The translations under genes and the position numbers were made by a program. This document shows positions 1 to 8,477 of a stretch of 54,806 nt of DNA, one piece after another. This DNA comes from Bradyrhizobium sp. (GTDB lineage: Bacteria; Pseudomonadota; Alphaproteobacteria; Rhizobiales; Xanthobacteraceae): contig NZ_JBAVCF010000417.1 in assembly GCF_049586575.1 (NCBI RefSeq), forward strand, positions 1-54,806, given 5' to 3'. The notes below the pieces were generated by a model. The model searched no databases. It had not been told where the DNA came from and saw only the letters and a program-made list of their open reading frames with translations. How positions within the stretch are numbered: the stretch's first letter is position 1; the number at the start of each line of letters is the position of its first letter.

Positions 1-197
1 GCCTCCAAGAGGTCGATAAGCGCGAGCTTTTCGTCTCCGCTCAGTGTCTCATGATCGGCGATATCGTCGGCGGTTCTGACAAAATTATAAAACGCGAGGA
101 TCAGCGCCCGATGACGCGGATGGATGATCCACGACGCGACCGGAAAATTCTCGTCGCGGTGGCCCTTGCCGGATCGCCATTCGCTAGCATTGGTCAT
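1..197 (-). CDS. hpnC: Squalene synthase-family protein HpnC, 5' part (runs off the left edge; absent from the ORF track)
   Basis: Manual translation from ATG at 197: MTNASEWRSGKGHRDENFPVASWIIHPRHRALILAFYNFVRTADDIADHE. It has the HpnC ENFPVAS motif and an aspartate-rich DDIAD motif, and lies near hpnP. Confidence 0.93.
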   Translation of the reverse strand, partial: MTNASEWRSGKGHRDENFPVASWIIHPRHRALILAFYNFVRTADDIADHETLSGDEKLALIDLLE

Positions 198-381
198 CTT
201 GAAGGCTGGCTACGCTGTTTTGGAGTTCTGGATGCCCGAAATATTCCGGCACGCGCGCGGAACTTAGGCCCCATATAGGCGAATACGCTACCAAAACCAA
301 TGCCATCCGCACATGCCGGCGAACCCTGACCGCGCCCCGAAGACGGGGGCGGCAGGCGTTCGCTGGGCGGCTTTTGAGGCC

Positions 382-621
382 TTACTGGCCGTGATCGGTT
401 AGAACGTGATCGCAGGATTTGGTGAGCTTGGCGCGATTTTGCTGCAAGCAGTTCAGAACGGTGATGTCGCTGTCATTCATCACCATACGGCAGAATTTCT
501 GAACGTCGTGAGCGCAGGCTTTCTGCTCTTCCGGCGTTCCGCTGTGTTGTTGTTGCTGGGCCATGGCCCCGCCGGAAACCGACAGCGACAGCAGAGCAGC
601 AACCAAGAAAGATTTACGCAT
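382..621 (-). CDS. Small secreted cysteine-rich protein (79 aa)
   Basis: Signal peptide (MRKSFLVAALLSLSVSGGAMA); four Cys in C-x2-D-x3-FC...CL...L-x3-C spacing; AAGGA-like RBS upstream. Confidence 0.85.
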   Translation of the reverse strand: MRKSFLVAALLSLSVSGGAMAQQQQHSGTPEEQKACAHDVQKFCRMVMNDSDITVLNCLQQNRAKLTKSCDHVLTDHGQ

Positions 622-1066
622 TGTGTTCCTTTGTTCTTACGGCGGGGATTCCAACCCGAATAGCACAGGCATCAGCGGGGCGGGGTATTCAGATTGCAAA
701 GGCCGCTGCTTGCAATAAGCAGAAACGCTGGCAAATGCGGCCAAATTTGCGGCGACCGTCTCCCTAAATTGCGGCCCTCGAGGGCAGATTCCGAGGAGCA
801 CGTAACCGACTGGTATCACAGAACATTTTTCTGGATATTGGCGCGAACGATTGTCGCACGGCGAGAACGTCATAATATCCGAACCCGCGGGAGATTCCTG
901 AGCAAAAAATGCGATTGCCGCTATTTTGTTTCAGGCATGAATCAAGTTCCGCCGCGGACGGCAAGTTCGAATGTCCGTTTGAACCAAACCCTCTGCTGGA
1001 GCACCAACCCACATGCGCGGAAGATATGCTGTGCGCGGAAACGTCACATTCGAAGGGGATTTCAGC

Positions 1067-1567
1067 ATGAAATACTTGGGCTCAAGCTTGATCGGTCAAG
1101 CGGCAAAGGCGGGCGCCGTTGTTGCCGCGCTGATGTTGTCGACATCAGCCGGGCACGCGCAGTCACGCCCGTTTGCAGGCTTCGACGGAGCCTGGTCCGG
1201 CACCGGAACGGTTTCGCTCTCGGACGGCTCGACCGAGCGGCTGCGCTGCCGGGCGGTCTACCAGATCGACAACACCGGGCTCCTGTTGAAGCAAACCCTC
1301 CGCTGTGCCAGCGACAGCTATAAGTTCGATCTTGCCAGCGACGTCACCAGCCACGGCGATCATATTACCGGCAACTGGTCGGAGACGAACCGCAATATTT
1401 CTGGCAGCCTGCTAGGAACCGCCGGCAGCGGCAAGATCGACGTCACGGTCGAATCCTCCGCCTTTACGGCAAGCCTGACGTTGCGGACGAGCGGCAACAA
1501 GCAAACCGTTCAGATCAGCTCCAAGGGCGACATCAGGGGCGTATCGATCACGATGGTGAAGGGCTAG
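1067..1567 (+). CDS. Secreted beta-strand-rich protein, possibly a lipocalin-like barrel
   Basis: ATG 1067 follows GAAGGGG; signal peptide ending AGHA; N-terminal FDGAWSG (GxW); alternating polar/hydrophobic strands; two Cys. Confidence 0.8.
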   Translation: MKYLGSSLIGQAAKAGAVVAALMLSTSAGHAQSRPFAGFDGAWSGTGTVSLSDGSTERLRCRAVYQIDNTGLLLKQTLRCASDSYKFDLASDVTSHGDHITGNWSETNRNISGSLLGTAGSGKIDVTVESSAFTASLTLRTSGNKQTVQISSKGDIRGVSITMVKG

Positions 1568-1708
1568 GGCCTATCCGGTTCTGATGGAATCAGAACCGGG
1601 CTCTACTTTTTTGTTTTGACGCGTTTTCTACCGCGGATAAGTCTACCCAATCTGCGTAAACTTGATTGCTATGCGAACCGGTTCCCGCTTCGCCAGAACA
1701 CGCTATTA
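1564..1708. repeat. Intergenic mosaic palindromic element (RIME-like)
   Basis: Perfect 11-bp hairpin CCGGTTCTGAT-GGA-ATCAGAACCGG (1575-1599), then a TTTTGACGCGTTTTCT...GCGAACCGGT...CTTCGC module that I recognise as a Bradyrhizobium repeat type. Fills the gap between two convergent stops. Confidence 0.75.
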
Positions 1709-4099
1709 CCCGTTCTTGCCTGATTGCGGCGCTGGTCCCGCGGGATGCATCATTCCGCGGATCCGCTGCGACAGGGTAATCAAAAACATTGACGTCGGGC
1801 GCAGGATGAAGAGGTCCGCCACCAGCGCCGAGACCATCGAAAATGCACTGAGCCAACCGAACAGGCGCAGAGACGGCAGCGCGGAGAACACCGTCACCAC
1901 CAGGCCGCAGGCGAGCACTACGGTTGTCAGGATCAATGCGGGGCCCATCAGCACCGTCGCCCGCTCGACCGCAATATCCGGCGTCACGCCGGGCTTGGAC
2001 TCGAGCCTCAAGCGGTTGAGGAAGTGAATCGTGGCGCTGAGCCCCAGCCCGAACGACACCGTGAGCGCGACAACGCTGGCGAATTGCAACCCCTCCCCGA
2101 GCAGCCAAAGCACCGTGCCGGACATCACCACCGGGAAAATTCCAGGCAGAATGCAGGAGAACATCACGACCACCGAGCGGAAGGCGAGCCCGATGAAAAC
2201 CGCAACGAGCGCGAACTCGATGGTCAGGCCGCGGTTGAGTTTTTCGATCATGTTGGCGGAATTGCGCGCGGCAATCGCCGAAAGGCCGGTGACCGCGATC
2301 TCGTAGCCTGGATGTGCCTTGCGCACGGCGTCGAGCGATTGATCGAGCTTCTCGACCACGGGAAGGATCTGGCTTGAATCGAGGTCGGGCACCCTGCCCG
2401 ACACCACCACCGCGTCCTGGTTGGCGTCGATAAAGCGCTGCACCAGATATTTGGGAATGACGCTGACATATTCCTTGAGCGTCGCGACGTCGGAGCTACC
2501 CGCCTTCTCCGCGAGCCACCGTCGCAACGTCTCCAGCGACCAGACGTTGCCGACACCGGCCTGCTTCTCTACCTGCGAATGCACTTCCGCAATGGTCTGC
2601 AAGGTATCGGGCGAATAGAGCGATGCCCCCTTCGGGAATTCGATCAGCACATCGATCGCATTGGCGCCGGTCAGCTTGGCGTCGAGCCGGCTGCTTGCGG
2701 CAACCGCCTGCTGCCTGTCAGGCACCTGATCGGCGAGCCGGTAACGGGGCTGCAGATTGGCGTAGACCACGCCAAGACTGCCGACGAACAGCACTGCAAT
2801 GAGGCTGTACAGGCCGGGACGGCTGACCATGCGTACCGCGATCCAGTAGCAGAAATTTCGCAACATCTGCACACCGACATCGGCACTGCGAAACTTGACC
2901 GCGAAGGTATGTTCGTTGCGCACAAGCAGGACGCCGAACACCGGCACCAGCGACAGCACCGCGATAAGCGCGATAATGGTCGCGGCCAGCCCGGCCTCGC
3001 CGAACTTGCGGATCAGGTCGGAGTCCGAGAATTGCAGGGCGATGAAGGAAATCCCGGCCGTACCATGCGTCAGGACGCAAGCCGGCCCCACGACCAGTAC
3101 GGCGTTCCGAAACGCCGTGTACTTATCCTGTCCCGCGATCAGGCGGTCGCGCGCGGCGAAGGTGAGCTGCATCGAGTCGGAGAAGCTGATCACCATGATC
3201 AGCGGCGTCATCACGTTCAGGAACATGTTGAGATTGAAGTTCGCCCAACCGAGGCCGCCGAGCGCGAGCAGAATGGCGATGATCGGCGGAAACGCCGCAA
3301 TGACCATGAACGATATCTTGCGGAAGAAGATGATGGCAATGATACAGCCAGCCAGGATGCCGAGGATGTTGTAGGTGAGGCCATCGCGCTCGACCGCATT
3401 GCGGATCTCGAGCTGCATCACCGGTACGCCGGACAATTCCACGTTCAGCCCGGTGCCGCCAAGGTCTTCCTTCATCAGCTTGCGGATATCGCCAACGGTC
3501 TTGCTGAGCTTGTTGGAGGCGACAACGTCCGGCTCGAGCGACAGCACGATCAGTGCAAGCGTTCCGTCTTCCGACAGCAGCTTGCCGCGAATGAGTTCGT
3601 TCGATTTCACCGTCTCGATGAACTTGTCGTAGTCGGCGCCTTGCGGCAATTCGGACGGGAATAGCGCAGCAGGGAATTTGCCCGGCGCCGGAGCCTGCCG
3701 CGCCGAGAACAGCGAAATCAGCCCGCGGGTGCCCTCCACCAATTGCAGATCGGTGACGAAGTCGCGGAGCTTTTCGAGATTATCGCGCGAAAGCAGCTTC
3801 TTGCCTTCGACCACGACGAGCACGTCGAATTCCGTCGCCGGGAAGCGCTTGATTTCCGATTCATATTGCCGGTATTCGCGGGAATTGGAACGGAAAAGCT
3901 GACTTAGGGAATCGTCGATCTTGATGCGTTGAATTCCGAAAATCGCACCGATGACGAGCGCAACCAGAATAAGGCAGGACAGGATCGGCGCCTGGACCGC
4001 AATGAGCCCGATCCGCTCGAGCCCGAAGGCGATACTCGCCGTCGGCCGCTGCTCGACTTTCTCGACATGGACTTCATTGTCGCTGTTCTTTTCGAGCAT
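1706..4099 (-). CDS. MMPL/RND-family lipid transporter, hopanoid-locus associated (HpnN-related, orthology not established)
   Basis: About 797 aa; two repeats of one TM, a periplasmic domain and five TMs; SGVPV and TGLSAI at the repeat junctions; ATIHFLNR and GPALILTT motifs; between hpnC and hpnP. Confidence 0.88.
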   Translation of the reverse strand: MLEKNSDNEVHVEKVEQRPTASIAFGLERIGLIAVQAPILSCLILVALVIGAIFGIQRIKIDDSLSQLFRSNSREYRQYESEIKRFPATEFDVLVVVEGKKLLSRDNLEKLRDFVTDLQLVEGTRGLISLFSARQAPAPGKFPAALFPSELPQGADYDKFIETVKSNELIRGKLLSEDGTLALIVLSLEPDVVASNKLSKTVGDIRKLMKEDLGGTGLNVELSGVPVMQLEIRNAVERDGLTYNILGILAGCIIAIIFFRKISFMVIAAFPPIIAILLALGGLGWANFNLNMFLNVMTPLIMVISFSDSMQLTFAARDRLIAGQDKYTAFRNAVLVVGPACVLTHGTAGISFIALQFSDSDLIRKFGEAGLAATIIALIAVLSLVPVFGVLLVRNEHTFAVKFRSADVGVQMLRNFCYWIAVRMVSRPGLYSLIAVLFVGSLGVVYANLQPRYRLADQVPDRQQAVAASSRLDAKLTGANAIDVLIEFPKGASLYSPDTLQTIAEVHSQVEKQAGVGNVWSLETLRRWLAEKAGSSDVATLKEYVSVIPKYLVQRFIDANQDAVVVSGRVPDLDSSQILPVVEKLDQSLDAVRKAHPGYEIAVTGLSAIAARNSANMIEKLNRGLTIEFALVAVFIGLAFRSVVVMFSCILPGIFPVVMSGTVLWLLGEGLQFASVVALTVSFGLGLSATIHFLNRLRLESKPGVTPDIAVERATVLMGPALILTTVVLACGLVVTVFSALPSLRLFGWLSAFSMVSALVADLFILRPTSMFLITLSQRIRGMMHPAGPAPQSGKNG

Positions 4100-4316
4100 T
4101 GCCCTGTCCAATTCTCATAACGGCTCAAATAGCTGCAGAAAGTGACAAAAAACAAATCGTACCTGGAAAACTTCCGCTGATGGGCGCCGCGCGGCAATAG
4201 CCCTTGAAAACACGCGATATTTTGCGGATGAGGTGTAGCAGGTCCAACCTGCTTCTCGCAAGCTGCGGACCAAATGGCGCACTGCGACGGTGCCACAATC
4301 CCACGGAATTTTGACG

Positions 4317-5096
4317 TTAGCTTGAATTGGCGGCGATAGCTTGGCCCATCCGGACGCCGCTTTCGTCCTTGAGCCCCACGCCGGTCGATTTCCGCGTCAG
4401 ACCTTCGCGAATCAACCAGCCGATCCTTGCCGCGGCATCGTCGTAGCCGAGCCCGCCGCCATGAATATTGGAAACGCAGTTGCGCTTCTCATCGGTCGTT
4501 CCGACGACCGGCGCGAAGGTCAGATAGACCCCGAGACTGTCTGCGGCTGAAAGACCCGGCCGCTCGCCGATCAGCATGACGGTCATCCGCGCACCGAGGA
4601 CATCACCGATCTCGTCGCCCAATGCCACGCGTGCGCCTGTCGCAACGGCGGCGAGGCCGATACCGACGCTGTCTGCCGCCAGTAACGGAAGCAGCCTTCG
4701 CAGGAGAGCGATCGCATGCGCGTTGACAGCCATCGGGGAAAGCCCGTCGCCGATGACGATCGCGAGAGGACTTATCTCGCCACCACGATCCGCGAGCCTG
4801 GCCCGTGAATCTTCGTCGAGCTTGCGCCCGAGATCCGGGCGGGCAAGGTAGTCCTTGCGGTTAGGCGCGCGGCTCGAAACGCGTATCGCTACGAGACCAA
4901 GATCGGCGAGACCTTGCAACAGACGTTCGGTGTCGAAGGCTGCGTGAACAGCGTCACGCGCCCGCGCATGATCGAGGGTGAATTCAAGCAGTGCCTTGGT
5001 CGGCAGACTCGCGCCCGTGACACCCAGCGCCACGCGCGCGGGCGTCAGCTCCCGCAGGCGCTCAAGCGATGTCGCCGGCGAAACCTCGGTCTTCAT
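4317..5096 (-). CDS. eutC: Ethanolamine ammonia-lyase small subunit (259 aa from ATG 5096; C-terminal part of the fused ORF)
   Basis: [55 protein letters not shown] and RNCVSNIH motifs; eutB lies upstream on the same strand. Confidence 0.93.
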   Translation of the reverse strand: MKTEVSPATSLERLRELTPARVALGVTGASLPTKALLEFTLDHARARDAVHAAFDTERLLQGLADLGLVAIRVSSRAPNRKDYLARPDLGRKLDEDSRARLADRGGEISPLAIVIGDGLSPMAVNAHAIALLRRLLPLLAADSVGIGLAAVATGARVALGDEIGDVLGARMTVMLIGERPGLSAADSLGVYLTFAPVVGTTDEKRNCVSNIHGGGLGYDDAAARIGWLIREGLTRKSTGVGLKDESGVRMGQAIAANSS

Positions 5097-6686
5097 GAGA
5101 GTTGACTCGGCAGGCACGGAGACCTCACGCAACCGCATGGAGTAGTTCGACGCTTTTTGCCGGCCACGGGATGCTGCGCGTGCGAACATGATGAGGTGGT
5201 GTCCGACCATCATCGACTCGATGAGATGCTCGATCTCTCCGCGGGCCAGACGCCGCACGGCAAATTTCCAGAACTCGAGCTTGTAGTCGCCGAGGATGCC
5301 GACCTTCCAGAAGATGTTTCGCAGCATGACCAGGCCGAGCCTGACGTTTGGCCACGTCAATCGCTTGTCCGAGGGCGGCTTGATTCGGTTCGTGTAAGTT
5401 TGACGGATCTGATAATCATAGCGCTGCAACAGCTTTGCAGGTTCATAGGCAGAGCCCATGCATCTGCGCCAGGAATCGACGACCTCGTCATACGGCCGGC
5501 GAAAATCGACATTGGACTCCCGCCCCTCGTCTTCGATCAACCGGTTTTCCTTGAGCAGGCGATCCCAGAGCGGTGTCTTCGGCAGCGCCTGAAGCAGATT
5601 GATGGTCAAGAGCGGAATTTGGGATGTCTCGATGAACTGCATCAAATGCTGTTCGGTTTCCGGCTTGTCGGTATCCAGCCCGAGAATGATCCCCGAGACC
5701 ACTTCCATGCCGTAGCTATTGATGGTCCGGATGCCTTCCATGATGGGGACCATCATGTTGTGATCCTTGTGCATCGCCTTCAGCGCCACCGGATCCGGCG
5801 TTTCGATGCCGCAGAAAATCGTGCAGAAATAGGCCTCGCGCATCCCCGCCAGGATTTCCGGACGCTTGGCGATGTTCAACGTGGCCTCGCAGGAAAAGCG
5901 CAGGACGAAACCCGTCTTCTTCTGCCACTCGACCAGATGTGGCAGCAGGTCGAGTGCCGCCTTGCGGTTGCCGATGAAATTATCGTCGACGAAATAGACC
6001 GAGCCGCGGATGCCGCATTCGAGCAGCTTGTCGAGCTCGGCGGTGATCTGTTGCGGCGTCTTCAGGCGCGGATTACGGCCATAAAGCCCCGGTATGTCGC
6101 AAAATTCGCACTGGTAGGGACATCCGCTCGAATATTGAATGCTGCCGAGCAAATAACGCTTGAGCTCGGCCAGCTCATAGGCGGGAAGCGGGAAGCTTGT
6201 CATGTCGAGACGCTCGACCGTCTTGAACACGACTTGTTGCAGCGGGCGCGACGGTTCGCGGGCGAGACGCGCAATCAATTCGTCGGTCGCATCGCCGAGT
6301 TCACCGACATGCAGGTAGTCGAACGACGGATAGTAATCGGGGCACGCGCTGACGGACGGCCCCCCAATCGCAACCGGCAGATCGAACACGTGGGCACGGC
6401 GGCAAATGTCGTTCATCTGATGCCGCTGAATATGCATGCCGCTGACAAAAACGGCTTCCGCCCACTCGAAATCCTCCTTCGTCGCGGGGCGCATGTTTTC
6501 GTCGATGAAGCGGACCGGCCAGTTTTCGGGCAGGTAAGCCGCGATCAGCAACAGCCCTTGCGGGGGCATGAAGGCCTGAACGCCATCGGTCAACGGATAG
6601 GAATGCTCAAACGTGCCGAACGACGGCGTATAACGCGGAAAGACGCACAAAATGCGGCGTACAATCCCTACGCTTTCAGCTCTCAT
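4317..6686 (-). CDS. hpnP: Hopanoid C-2 methylase HpnP (B12-dependent radical SAM, first 527 aa) fused in frame to EutC; 789 aa total
   Basis: [10 protein letters not shown]...FMPPQGLL N-terminus, B12-binding region, CPYQCEFC (CxxxCxxC), [10 protein letters not shown], and a HpnP-like end [14 protein letters not shown]. No stop follows: GAG TCA ACT CTC ATG. RBS GAGG before ATG 6686. Confidence 0.92.
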   Translation of the reverse strand: MRAESVGIVRRILCVFPRYTPSFGTFEHSYPLTDGVQAFMPPQGLLLIAAYLPENWPVRFIDENMRPATKEDFEWAEAVFVSGMHIQRHQMNDICRRAHVFDLPVAIGGPSVSACPDYYPSFDYLHVGELGDATDELIARLAREPSRPLQQVVFKTVERLDMTSFPLPAYELAELKRYLLGSIQYSSGCPYQCEFCDIPGLYGRNPRLKTPQQITAELDKLLECGIRGSVYFVDDNFIGNRKAALDLLPHLVEWQKKTGFVLRFSCEATLNIAKRPEILAGMREAYFCTIFCGIETPDPVALKAMHKDHNMMVPIMEGIRTINSYGMEVVSGIILGLDTDKPETEQHLMQFIETSQIPLLTINLLQALPKTPLWDRLLKENRLIEDEGRESNVDFRRPYDEVVDSWRRCMGSAYEPAKLLQRYDYQIRQTYTNRIKPPSDKRLTWPNVRLGLVMLRNIFWKVGILGDYKLEFWKFAVRRLARGEIEHLIESMMVGHHLIMFARAASRGRQKASNYSMRLREVSVPAESTLMKTEVSPATSLERLRELTPARVALGVTGASLPTKALLEFTLDHARARDAVHAAFDTERLLQGLADLGLVAIRVSSRAPNRKDYLARPDLGRKLDEDSRARLADRGGEISPLAIVIGDGLSPMAVNAHAIALLRRLLPLLAADSVGIGLAAVATGARVALGDEIGDVLGARMTVMLIGERPGLSAADSLGVYLTFAPVVGTTDEKRNCVSNIHGGGLGYDDAAARIGWLIREGLTRKSTGVGLKDESGVRMGQAIAANSS

Positions 6687-6772
6687 CGCGACCTCGGCGC
6701 CTTCCACTTCACAAGTTAATCACGGAGCCCGCAGGCTGTGCCACAAATTTTTCTGGATTATGGCCACGATCT

Positions 6773-6797
6773 AACTCACCAATGACCGGAGAGTTGC
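6773..6797 (-). promoter_or_regulatory. Candidate EcfG-type promoter for hpnP
   Basis: Minus strand GCAAC-N17-GTT, one mismatch from GGAAC-N17-GTT, in the eutB-hpnP gap. Confidence 0.35.
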
Positions 6798-6830
6798 AAA
6801 CGCGGGAGGCAAATAGGTCTCAAGTGGCTG

Positions 6831-8213
6831 TCAGGCAATCATCTGACGCGCAAAATCCGGCAACAAATCCCTGTTACCAGCAAGATGGAAGTTTGCATCC
6901 GCCAGGCCCGCGCGGAACAGCCAGTCATCGAACTCCGGCGCACGCTTCAGGTTGAACAAGTCTCGAACGTAAAGCGCATCGTGAAATGACGTCGATTGAT
7001 AATTCAACATCACGTCATCGGCGCCCGGCACGCCCATGATGAAATTAACACCGGCTGCCGCAAGCAGTGTCAGCAGGTTGTCCATGTCGTCCTGGTCGGC
7101 CTCGGCATGGTTGGTGTAGCAAACGTCGACCCCGAGCGGCAGGCCGAGCAGTTTGCCGCAAAAATGATCCTCCAGCCCGGCGCGAATGATCTGCTTGCCG
7201 TCGTAGAGGTATTCAGGGCCGATGAACCCGACCACGCTGTTGACCAGTAATGGGTCGAAAGCACGGGCGACGGCATAAGCGCGCGCCTCGCAGGTCTGCT
7301 GATCGACCCCATGATGAGCATTGGCGGAGAGCGCCGAGCCCTGCCCGGTTTCGAAATACATGACGTTCTTGCCGACGGTGCCGCGCTGGAGCGATCGGCC
7401 GGCGTGATCGGCTTCCCGCAACAAGGCAAGGTCGACGCCGAAACTCCGGTTGGCGGCTTGCGTGCCGGCGATCGACTGGAACACCAGATCGACGGGCACG
7501 CGCTCGGCGATCAATCGAAGCGTCGTCGTGACATGCGACAATACGCAGGCCTGGGTCGGAATTTGCAGCCGGCCAATGATCTCGTCGAGCAGATGCAAGA
7601 GCCTTCCGACCACGGCGGGGTCGTCACTCGCCGGGTTGATGCCGATGCAGGCGTCGCCGGCGCCGAGCAGGACGCCATCCAGTATCGATGCGGTAATGCC
7701 CTTCGAATCATCGAAGGGATGGTTCGGCTGCAACCGCACGCTCATGCGTCCGTTCAAGCCGATCGTATTGCGAAACGCGGTCACGACTTCGCATTTTTTT
7801 GCCGCCAGGATCAGATCCTGGTTACGCATCAATTTTGACACCGCCGCCGCCATCTCCGGGGTGATCCCTCGCGAGATCGTCTTGAGAACGGCCGAACTGG
7901 CCTTTGCGGAGAGTAGCCAGTCGCGGAACGATCCGACCGTAAGCGAAGATACGATGGCAAAGGCTCCGGAATCGTGGCCATCGACGATCAGGCGAGTGAC
8001 CTCGTCGGTCTCGTAGGGAATAACCGTCTCGTTGAGGAATTGCTTGAGCGGCACCTCGGCCAGCGCGATCCGCGCGGCAACCATCTGCTCGGCGCTTTCC
8101 GCGGCAATACCGGCAAGGCAATCACCTGAGCGCCGGGGACTTGCCTTGGCAAGGAGATCGCGAAGATCGTCAAAAACATAGACGGTATTACCGATGACGT
8201 GCCGATAGGCCAT
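6831..8213 (-). CDS. eutB: Ethanolamine ammonia-lyase large subunit
   Basis: LLAKASPRRSGD, RLQPNHP, GDACIGINP, MYFETGQGSALS, VVGFIGPEYLYDGKQIIRAGLEDHFCGKL, CYTNHAEADQDD. Confidence 0.97.
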   Translation of the reverse strand: MAYRHVIGNTVYVFDDLRDLLAKASPRRSGDCLAGIAAESAEQMVAARIALAEVPLKQFLNETVIPYETDEVTRLIVDGHDSGAFAIVSSLTVGSFRDWLLSAKASSAVLKTISRGITPEMAAAVSKLMRNQDLILAAKKCEVVTAFRNTIGLNGRMSVRLQPNHPFDDSKGITASILDGVLLGAGDACIGINPASDDPAVVGRLLHLLDEIIGRLQIPTQACVLSHVTTTLRLIAERVPVDLVFQSIAGTQAANRSFGVDLALLREADHAGRSLQRGTVGKNVMYFETGQGSALSANAHHGVDQQTCEARAYAVARAFDPLLVNSVVGFIGPEYLYDGKQIIRAGLEDHFCGKLLGLPLGVDVCYTNHAEADQDDMDNLLTLLAAAGVNFIMGVPGADDVMLNYQSTSFHDALYVRDLFNLKRAPEFDDWLFRAGLADANFHLAGNRDLLPDFARQMIA

Positions 8214-8332
8214 CTCTGCTCCGGTCGGTCAACGTCCGTCAAAATCCGGCGTTGAGCCTAACATCTCGCAGTGCATCATGCGACACATCGGCACCCCCCA
8301 GCCTGATAACATATTGGTACAACTCGCCGCTA

Positions 8333-8356
8333 TAAACTCAGTTTACTGGTATACCA
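8333..8356. promoter_or_regulatory. Adjacent palindromes in the eutB/MCP divergent region; candidate GntR-family operator
   Basis: TAAACT-C-AGTTTA (8333-8345), then perfect TGGTATACCA (8347-8356); related TTGGTACAAC near 8314. Confidence 0.4.
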
Positions 8357-8477
8357 AACGCCAGAATAGTGGTTGAAACACTACCCAAATGCCTAAGACT
8401 TGGTCGAAATTTACATTTTCTACATGAAGATTTCACATAGTTTCTGGTGACGGTCGTCGCCAGGGATACCAGATACC

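Noticed and set aside
51..278. 75-aa plus-strand ORF
   Set aside because: Antisense to the clear hpnC 5' end.
694..1323. 209-aa plus-strand ORF
   Set aside because: Arg/Cys-rich without motifs, and overlaps the better 1067-1567 gene in another frame.
1706..4099. Calling the MMPL gene hpnN
   Set aside because: As I recall, these hopanoid loci carry more than one RND gene; orthology needs a phylogeny.
5157..6719. 520-aa ORF antisense to hpnP, and similar long antisense ORFs (2579-3664, 10811-11920, 13284-14582, 18917-20032, 21465-22715, 37407-38570, 43702-44841)
   Set aside because: They mirror well-supported genes, have no recognisable motifs, and are expected from high-GC codon bias.
6728..6743. 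TGGCAC as a sigma-54 promoter for hpnP
   Set aside because: No GC at the required spacing from the GG.
6687..6830. Cobalamin riboswitch before hpnP (also sought before eutB)
   Set aside because: No B12-box or conserved core seen by eye; a covariance-model search would be needed to exclude it formally.
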